A DNA stretch of 64,000 bases from Candidatus Latescibacterota bacterium (GTDB lineage Bacteria; Latescibacterota; UBA2968; UBA8231): positions 3,744,001 to 3,808,000 of the forward strand of contig CBDFJF010000002.1 of the NCBI GenBank assembly GCA_965248265.1, written 5' to 3'. How positions within the stretch are numbered: position 1 is the stretch's first letter; each line of letters begins with the position of its first letter. The position numbers and the translations under genes are program-made. Shown one piece after another: positions 57,924 to 64,000 of this stretch. A model generated the notes under the pieces. That model saw only the letters and a list, made by a program, of their open reading frames with translations. It searched no databases and was not told where the DNA came from.

Positions 57924-59666
57924 ATGATTCAAGTCGAAAACCTGGTCTTCAACTATCCCGGTGATGTGCCTGCCGTACGCGATCTCTCCGTGTCCGTATG
58001 TGAAAGTGAGCGCGTCGCCCTCATCGGGCCCAACGGCTCGGGAAAGAGCACCTTCGCACGTTGCCTGAATGGGTTGCTGCAACCAGCCGCTGGACATGTC
58101 GAGATCGACGGCCACTCCACCACGGATGCTGCATCCATTTTTGACATCCGACGCCGGTTGAGTCTTGTATTTCAGAACCCGGACGACCAGCTCGTTTCCA
58201 CAACAGTGGAATCCGAAATCGCTTTCGGTCTGGAAAACCTGGGCACTGCGCACTCCCTGATGGTCGAAGCGGTCGAGAACACGATCACGAGTTTCAGCCT
58301 GGAGCGATACAGACATCATCCGCCCCACCTTCTGTCTGGGGGAGAGAAACAGCGCCTGGCCATCGCGGCCTGTGTCGCTCTGCAACCCCAGTACCTCGTT
58401 CTGGATGAACCCACCGCTCTCCTTGATCCGGCCGGGCGCCAGGAGGTGATGGGACTGTTACAGCGCCTGCACGATCAAGGCGTCACGCTGATCCATATCA
58501 CACAGGACCCGGCAGAGGCGGCCAGGGCAGACCGCATAATCGTCATGAACAACGGGGATGTTTTCATGGATGCATCGCCGGCGGATGTGTTTGCGAACTC
58601 GGAGCAACTACGGCAGATCGGGCTGGGAGCCCCCTACGCCGCCACGCTGACAGCCAGCCTTCAGGACCGAGGCGTACCCGTGGAATCAGGGCACCTCGAA
58701 ACAGAGGAGCTTGAACCCACACTCGCCAACCTGTGCCATCAGGGCCAGGACGATGTACCTCAATTTGGCGATGCTATTGCCCCGGAGCGCGCGCAACCCG
58801 AGCCACCGCCGAAGCTGTCTGTTCGAGACGTGTCGTTCACCTATGAGATAGCTCCCGGCAAGAGCCTGCGGGCATTGGCCGGGATCAACCTCGACATTCC
58901 TCCAGCAAGTGCTGTCGCCATCATCGGGCCAAGCGGTTCAGGAAAGACGACTCTCGCTCAGCACTTGAACGGACTGCTGCGACCTGACAGTGGTCAGATT
59001 TGTCTCGATGGCAATGATATCTGGTTGGAGGCCCATCAGTCGAACGTGCGCTCCAGGGTGGGCCTGGTCTTCCAGTTCCCCGAATCGCAGCTATTTGCGG
59101 AGACCCTGGCGGAGGATGTTGCCTTCGGTCCGAGGAACGGCGACTTCGAGGAGACTGAAATCGACCTGCGCGTACGACAGGCGTTGGATGTGGTGGGATT
59201 GCCCGTCGACGTGTACGGTGCACGGTCTCCTCTCTCACTCAGTGCCGGCGAACGACGTCGAGCGGCGATCGCGGGTGTGCTGGCGATGCAGCCACAGGTT
59301 CTGGTGCTGGATGAACCGACGGCTGGACTCGATCCGCAGGCAGCGCACTCCACCATGGATATACTGAACCACTTGCTCGCGAGCGGAAGAACCCTTGTAC
59401 TGATTTCACACGACATGGATCTGGTGGCAACCCTTGCCTCTCATGTCGTCGTCATGCGAAGCGGCAGCATTGCATTGTCCGGGTCGGCGCGGGACGTGTT
59501 GGCTGATCCTGATTTCGAAAAGCTCAGTGGCCTCGAGGCGCCGCCCAGCGTAGCGCTGATGCGGGGACTGCGACAGAGGGGATGCCAGGTCCCGACCGAT
59601 CTCATACGCGGTGAGGAAGTCGTGGCATATTTCACGGCGCTATGCGGCGAGCAGGGGAAAAACTGA
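57924..59666 (+). CDS. ECF-transporter ATPase, fused EcfA-EcfA'
   Basis: Two ABC domains: GPNGSGKST/FQNPDDQ/LSGGEKQR/LDEPT and GPSGSGKTT/FQFPESQLFAET/LSAGERRR/LDEPTAGLDP. Confidence 0.92.
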   Translation: MIQVENLVFNYPGDVPAVRDLSVSVCESERVALIGPNGSGKSTFARCLNGLLQPAAGHVEIDGHSTTDAASIFDIRRRLSLVFQNPDDQLVSTTVESEIAFGLENLGTAHSLMVEAVENTITSFSLERYRHHPPHLLSGGEKQRLAIAACVALQPQYLVLDEPTALLDPAGRQEVMGLLQRLHDQGVTLIHITQDPAEAARADRIIVMNNGDVFMDASPADVFANSEQLRQIGLGAPYAATLTASLQDRGVPVESGHLETEELEPTLANLCHQGQDDVPQFGDAIAPERAQPEPPPKLSVRDVSFTYEIAPGKSLRALAGINLDIPPASAVAIIGPSGSGKTTLAQHLNGLLRPDSGQICLDGNDIWLEAHQSNVRSRVGLVFQFPESQLFAETLAEDVAFGPRNGDFEETEIDLRVRQALDVVGLPVDVYGARSPLSLSAGERRRAAIAGVLAMQPQVLVLDEPTAGLDPQAAHSTMDILNHLLASGRTLVLISHDMDLVATLASHVVVMRSGSIALSGSARDVLADPDFEKLSGLEAPPSVALMRGLRQRGCQVPTDLIRGEEVVAYFTALCGEQGKN

Positions 59667-60989
59667 ATGCCTGAAGGAAGCTTGTTCATCAAGGGCGGCC
59701 GCGTCGTCGACCCGGCCAATCACTATGACGAAACCGGCAGCATCTTGATCGAAAACGGCAACGTGCGGGCTGTTGGCCGACAAGTCGAGCCCGATCCTGG
59801 TATGCCCATCCTCGATGCGTCGGGTCTGGTCGTAACTCCCGGCTTCATAGACTCGCACGTCCATCTGCGTGAACCGGGGTTTGAGCACAAGGAAACCATC
59901 GTCACTGGGACGCGATCCGCGGCCGCTGGAGGATTCACCGCCGTAGTCGCCATGCCGAACACGGAACCACCACCCGACACTGGCCAGCGCATCGCCGATT
60001 TTCTGGAACGGGCGTCGCAACAGGCACTGGTAAGGGTGTACGCGATTGGCTGCATCTCCACGGGACGAAAGGGCCGTGTGCTCGCCCCCCTGAAAGAGAT
60101 GGCCGAGGCGGGTGCCGTCGCGTTCTCCGATGATGGCGACCCGATCGAGGATGCGGAATTGATGCAGCACGCTCTACAGTCGGCGGCTCAGCTGCAGCGC
60201 CCCCTCTTCCCGCACGAGGAAGTTCGAGCGATTACCCGTGGAGGGTGCATGCATGAAGGTGAGAGTTCCAGGAGACTGGCGGTGCCTGGCATGCCGGCAG
60301 CTGGCGAAGAGGAGATGATTGCCCGGGATATCGAACTCGTGCGTCAGACCTGGGCTCCTCTTCATCTGGCCCACATCAGCACGGCCGGGACCGTCCAACT
60401 GGTGCAGCAGGCCAAGGCCGAAGGCCTGCCTGTTACCAGCGAGGTGCTGCCGCACCATTTCATTCTTACCGACCGCACGGTGGAGAGTCTTGGCGCTCAC
60501 GCCAAAATGAGTCCCCCCTTGCGTGGACGCGCCGACGTGGAAGCGATGTTGCGAGGCCTTGCAGACGGCACCATCGACACCATCGGCACCGACCATGCGC
60601 CGCATACGGCGGCGGAAAAGGCGCTGGATCTCGAGCAGGCCCCCTTCGGCATTGTCGGCCTGGAGACAGCCATCGGTCTGACCTTCACCTACCTCGTCAA
60701 GACCGGAGTGCTCGAACTATCGGACTCTGTCGCCAAGTGGACGAGCGAGCCTGCCCGCATCTTGGGTCTGGCTGGCGGCACCCTGAGCGTCGGCAGTCCG
60801 GGTGATGTCACCGTCATCGACCCCGATCTCGAATGGACGGTCGAGCCCGATCAGATGCAGTCGAAGTCATCGAACACGCCGTTCGGTGGCTATCAACTTA
60901 CCGGCCGGGCAGTAGCCACGGTGGTGGCTGGCCAGGTGGTCTACGAATACGCTCAGAACGGAGGGGCCTCGAAGGCCGCTTCGAGGTGA
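59667..60989 (+). CDS. pyrC: Dihydroorotase (type I)
   Basis: PGFIDSHVHLREPG, AMPNT, FSDDG, AHIST, KMSPPLR, TDHAPH, NTPF. Confidence 0.95.
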   Translation: MPEGSLFIKGGRVVDPANHYDETGSILIENGNVRAVGRQVEPDPGMPILDASGLVVTPGFIDSHVHLREPGFEHKETIVTGTRSAAAGGFTAVVAMPNTEPPPDTGQRIADFLERASQQALVRVYAIGCISTGRKGRVLAPLKEMAEAGAVAFSDDGDPIEDAELMQHALQSAAQLQRPLFPHEEVRAITRGGCMHEGESSRRLAVPGMPAAGEEEMIARDIELVRQTWAPLHLAHISTAGTVQLVQQAKAEGLPVTSEVLPHHFILTDRTVESLGAHAKMSPPLRGRADVEAMLRGLADGTIDTIGTDHAPHTAAEKALDLEQAPFGIVGLETAIGLTFTYLVKTGVLELSDSVAKWTSEPARILGLAGGTLSVGSPGDVTVIDPDLEWTVEPDQMQSKSSNTPFGGYQLTGRAVATVVAGQVVYEYAQNGGASKAASR

Positions 60990-62122
60990 TGGACTTGCGG
61001 GGCCGCCTCACCCTGCAAGCCCACCGCTATCACATCGAAGCGATATGCGCTCCCCCCCTTCATTTGCCGATCCCGCATGTAGATGCGGCTCGCTCTGACC
61101 AGGTGGCTTTTCTTACGCGCCGCTACCCTCTCCTCCGGGTTGTAGTCCAGAATCGAGGACTGCGAGGTCTTGACCTCGACGAAAGCGACACAGCCTTCCT
61201 TCTCAGCCACGAGATCGATTTCGCCGCCTGCAGCCCGGTAGTGCCACTCCAAAATTCGGTAACCCTTCGCCTTCAGGTAATCAGCCGCGACGGTCTCTCC
61301 CTTTGACCCCAACTCCAGATGCAACTGTCCATCGTGGTGTGCGGGGTGGGTTACCGGACTGAAGCTCTTGCGGTGCAACGGACAGGGACCATAAAAATCC
61401 AGGCCTTCCATGTGCTCGCGGCTGGCGTATCCCTTATTCGAGCGAAAACCGTACTCCGGATAGGTCTCGTGATGGTTAACCATCAATCGGTCGCGATGCA
61501 CTTTGGCGACGATGGATGCCGCGGCAATCGAAATGGAGCGGGCGTCCCCATCCACGATGGCCATCTCAGCATAGCTACTCCCAGGGGTGCGATTCCCATC
61601 CACCAGTACCTGCTGCGGAGACGGATCGATTTTCGCCAGCGCTTCGCGCATCGCCTCCATCGAGGCCTCCAGTATATTGATCTCATCGATACGCTCCGCC
61701 CCGACGCAGGACAACGCGATACCCAACGCCTGCTGCTCTATTTCGGCACACAAGGATTCACGTAGCTCCCTGTCGAGTTTTTTCGAATCGTCAATGCCGT
61801 CGATGGAAACCTGGGTGGGCAGGACCACGGCCGCAGCCACAACCGGACCAGCCAGGCAGCCCCGGCCGACCTCATCTACACCAGCCACTCGCGTCAACCC
61901 GGATTGCCACCAGCGCTGTTCGTGTTCCACCATACGACGCAGGCGCGCCCGTTCGGCCTGCTGCCGCCGGCGGACCTTGCGAGCCTGCACGGCCAGCCGG
62001 CGGACCCCGGAGCGGCGATCCGCCTCCAACAGACTGCACAGCTTGGGACCTACCTTGGAACGCTCGCTGAGGAGAGACTCAACCTCAGCGATCGTGAGCG
62101 TTTCGATCTGCTCTCTCGTCAT
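60953..62122 (-). CDS. rnhB: Ribonuclease HII fused to a C-terminal YraN (UPF0102) nuclease-like domain
   Basis: AGVDEVGRGCLAGPV, DSKKL, VDGN, SIAAASIVAKV, NKGY, HRKSF; then LGSKGETVAADYLKAKGYRIL, GEIDLV, FVEVKT, YRFDVIAV. Confidence 0.92.
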   Translation of the reverse strand: MTREQIETLTIAEVESLLSERSKVGPKLCSLLEADRRSGVRRLAVQARKVRRRQQAERARLRRMVEHEQRWWQSGLTRVAGVDEVGRGCLAGPVVAAAVVLPTQVSIDGIDDSKKLDRELRESLCAEIEQQALGIALSCVGAERIDEINILEASMEAMREALAKIDPSPQQVLVDGNRTPGSSYAEMAIVDGDARSISIAAASIVAKVHRDRLMVNHHETYPEYGFRSNKGYASREHMEGLDFYGPCPLHRKSFSPVTHPAHHDGQLHLELGSKGETVAADYLKAKGYRILEWHYRAAGGEIDLVAEKEGCVAFVEVKTSQSSILDYNPEERVAARKKSHLVRASRIYMRDRQMKGGSAYRFDVIAVGLQGEAAPQVHHLEAAFEAPPF

Positions 62123-62268
62123 CCGTCGCGTTTCATGTGTGCGTGTGTGTGTATGGTTGGTTACAACAGTGAGAGCTCAGCCACCCAGACGCGACCCACG
62201 GACTTTGTTCTCGTCTGCCAGATTAGTATATTCGCTGCAAATGCAGAAGACCTCTGGAGATTCTTGAA

Positions 62269-62871
62269 ATGCAACGATTCATCGCCGTTATCATCACAAC
62301 CTTGGTGCTCATTCAACCCTTGGCCGCCGCTCAGGCGGTACCGCTCGACGCCGACACCAAGCTTTACCTGGCTGACGGTTCCGTCATTCACGGGCGCATG
62401 GTAGTGCGCAGTGACGACCTCATCATCATGCGCGTCAAGGATGAAATATTCACCTTCGACGATGCCCAGATAGATCGGGTCATCCCGCTGGAATCTCTTG
62501 GCGAAGCGGCAGAATTCGTGACTGTGAGGGAGTTTCCTTACATCAGTTTTCTCGGCGGCACTGCCGCCTTCGGATTGCTTGCCTGGATCCAATTCAACAA
62601 TGCCTCGGACCGGGACTCGGAGGCACAGCGCAACGAACAGCAGGTATTCTCCGGCAATGAGCAGTCCGGACTGCTGTTGGCGCGGGCAGCCGAGTTGCGG
62701 GACGACGCCGATCGAGCACGCCTGTATGGCTGGGGCTCTACCCTGGTCGCACTGGGATCGATGGGTGTGGCCCTGTACCCGAGCTATTCGGAACGACCCA
62801 TCTTTCCGGGGCTGAGCCTGGACAGCCAGGGCGGTCCAGCGATCACGTTCGCCTACCGACATTCCTTCTGA
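62269..62871 (+). CDS. Hypothetical exported/membrane protein
   Basis: Signal peptide, LYLADGSVIHG small beta domain, two hydrophobic helices, C-terminal aromatic strand (FAYRHSF). Confidence 0.65.
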   Translation: MQRFIAVIITTLVLIQPLAAAQAVPLDADTKLYLADGSVIHGRMVVRSDDLIIMRVKDEIFTFDDAQIDRVIPLESLGEAAEFVTVREFPYISFLGGTAAFGLLAWIQFNNASDRDSEAQRNEQQVFSGNEQSGLLLARAAELRDDADRARLYGWGSTLVALGSMGVALYPSYSERPIFPGLSLDSQGGPAITFAYRHSF

Positions 62872-62892
62872 CCAAGAGGTTCATCCACCACC

Positions 62893-63223
62893 CTAACGGC
62901 CTTTGCGATTGCGCCTTAACAGGCGCACCTCCTCGCTCATCGACTCAATCTTCATGTTCTGCAGACGGACAATTTCGGCGTAGATTCGGGCTCGGTCATC
63001 CTGCATGTCCAGCGCCTTCCGCAGGGATTCAACGTTGTCGAGAATTCGCTCCAGATTACCCTCCTCATCGTCCCCTTGACCTTCCGCTCCTGGACTGAGA
63101 AGCTGGGCACTCTGCTTCAACTCACGCCATTTGTCATCGATCTGACTATCCAGAGCTTCCTCCTCGCCTTCGGTCGCCTTTCCCTGACTGACTTCGGTGC
63201 CTCCCCGCTCAAGGGCACGCGCG
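62893..63223 (-). pseudogene. 5'-truncated coiled-coil protein gene
   Basis: The frame stays open upstream of TTG 63120 (ARALERGGTEVSQGKATEGEEEALDSQIDDKWREL...) with no ATG/GTG start, and runs into antisense flaG sequence. Confidence 0.5.
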
Positions 63224-63360
63224 ACACCGGCATGATCGTAGTCAGGATCACCGATGTGTCGACAGGAGAGATCGTAAAGCAGGTACCACCGCAGGAGCTC
63301 ATGGATGCTGACCTGAACATGGAGAAGATAGTAGGACTTCTCGTAGATGATGAAGGTTAA
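63218..63360 (+). pseudogene. flaG: C-terminal half of flagellar protein FlaG
   Basis: RDTGMIVVRITDVSTGEIVKQVPPQEL...IVGLLVD is the FlaG C-terminal motif; upstream in-frame sequence is unrelated; lies directly before fliD. Confidence 0.7.
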
Positions 63361-63375
63361 TTGAATCAGTAGTTA

Positions 63376-63413
63376 ATCGGCGCGCCGGACAACTGGCAAT
63401 CTGGCGCGCCGAT
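63376..63413. terminator. Stem-loop between flaG and fliD
   Basis: atcggcgcgcc-N16-ggcgcgccgat followed by a short T-run. Confidence 0.5.
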
Positions 63414-63514
63414 CCTGGCTTTTTAGGACAGTTGACAAAAGAAGAGGCGGACCATCACGGGCAGTCGGCGGATGAATCGCCGGGCGCGTAACCGGTCTTA
63501 CCCAGGTAAATAGA

Positions 63515-64000
63515 ATGTCCCAAGGAATCAGCTTCTCAGGCTTAGGCTCCGGTTTAGACACGGACGCCATCATACGACAACTCACCGATATTGAGCGACG
63601 TCCGATCGGGCTCATCCAGACCCGGCAGGCGAGACTACAGCAACAGAAGGGTGTGATCCAGCAGATCAACTCTTCCTTGCTGACGCTGGCTGGTTCGGCG
63701 GAAAAGCTCTCCGATGAGGATCTGTTCTCCATCGTCAAGGTTTCATCCGATGACAATTCGCGCGTCTCCGTGTCGGCGACGAACGAAGCCGCGTCCGGCA
63801 CGTTCTCAGTCGAGGTGCTCGGACTGGCCCAGGCTCGTAGTCTGTCGACTCGTTCGTTCACAAGCTTGGACACCGCGCTCGCGCTCAGTGGCGAAATCGT
63901 CATCAACGACAAGGCAGTCGAGATAGCCTCAGATGACAGCCTGCTCGATATCCGCGACTCAATCAACGATTCGAATATCGGTGTCAACGCCCAGATTCTG
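63515..64000 (+). CDS. fliD: Flagellar filament cap protein FliD (runs off the window's right edge)
   Basis: Manual translation: MSQGISFSGLGSGLDTDAIIRQLTDIERRPIGLIQTRQARLQQQKGVIQQINSSLLTL...AASGTFSVEVLGLAQA...SLLDIRDSIN. Confidence 0.93.
   Translation, partial: MSQGISFSGLGSGLDTDAIIRQLTDIERRPIGLIQTRQARLQQQKGVIQQINSSLLTLAGSAEKLSDEDLFSIVKVSSDDNSRVSVSATNEAASGTFSVEVLGLAQARSLSTRSFTSLDTALALSGEIVINDKAVEIASDDSLLDIRDSINDSNIGVNAQIL

Overview
GC-rich bacterial chromosomal segment, mostly core genes. Omp85, Wza, flagellins and a protease with a C-terminal PNPFN/FlgD-Ig (T9SS-like) tail suggest a diderm FCB-related candidate-phylum organism such as Latescibacterota (inference). Left to right: a Wzy-type polysaccharide operon (PHP protein, GT4, Wzy/O-antigen ligase, Wzc with an unusual TM+2xSPOR extension), kptA, purE, and a dcw cluster lacking mraY/murD/murG/murB/ddl. 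Then trmB, a Cys-rich MerR-iscA-iscS-rhodanese/MoeB operon, a secreted partner plus matrixin, and a tight yyaL-cNMP-PqqD(RRE)-nucleotidyltransferase-wza-cysK operon. Then an orphan M-S fused adenine methyltransferase, ssb, a thiolase with an IS3-family element in its RBS region, tRNA-Ala, Omp85/UbiA/degenerate GGDEF, rplM-rpsI-rpsB-tsf-frr and queA-ispDF-dedA. Finally two divergent sigma28-driven flagellins with CsrA-type GGA hairpins, GT2/GT-C, ECF ATPase-pyrC, an RNase HII-YraN fusion, a junction of two 5'-truncated genes (one is flaG), and the start of fliD. No CRISPR, rRNA or prophage. Best candidates for new biology: the Wzc-SPOR fusion, the Cys-cluster MerR sulfur operon, the precursor-less RRE/NTase/Wza operon, and a CsrB-like RNA trailer behind a flagellin. 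All family calls come from motif recognition by eye, not database searches.
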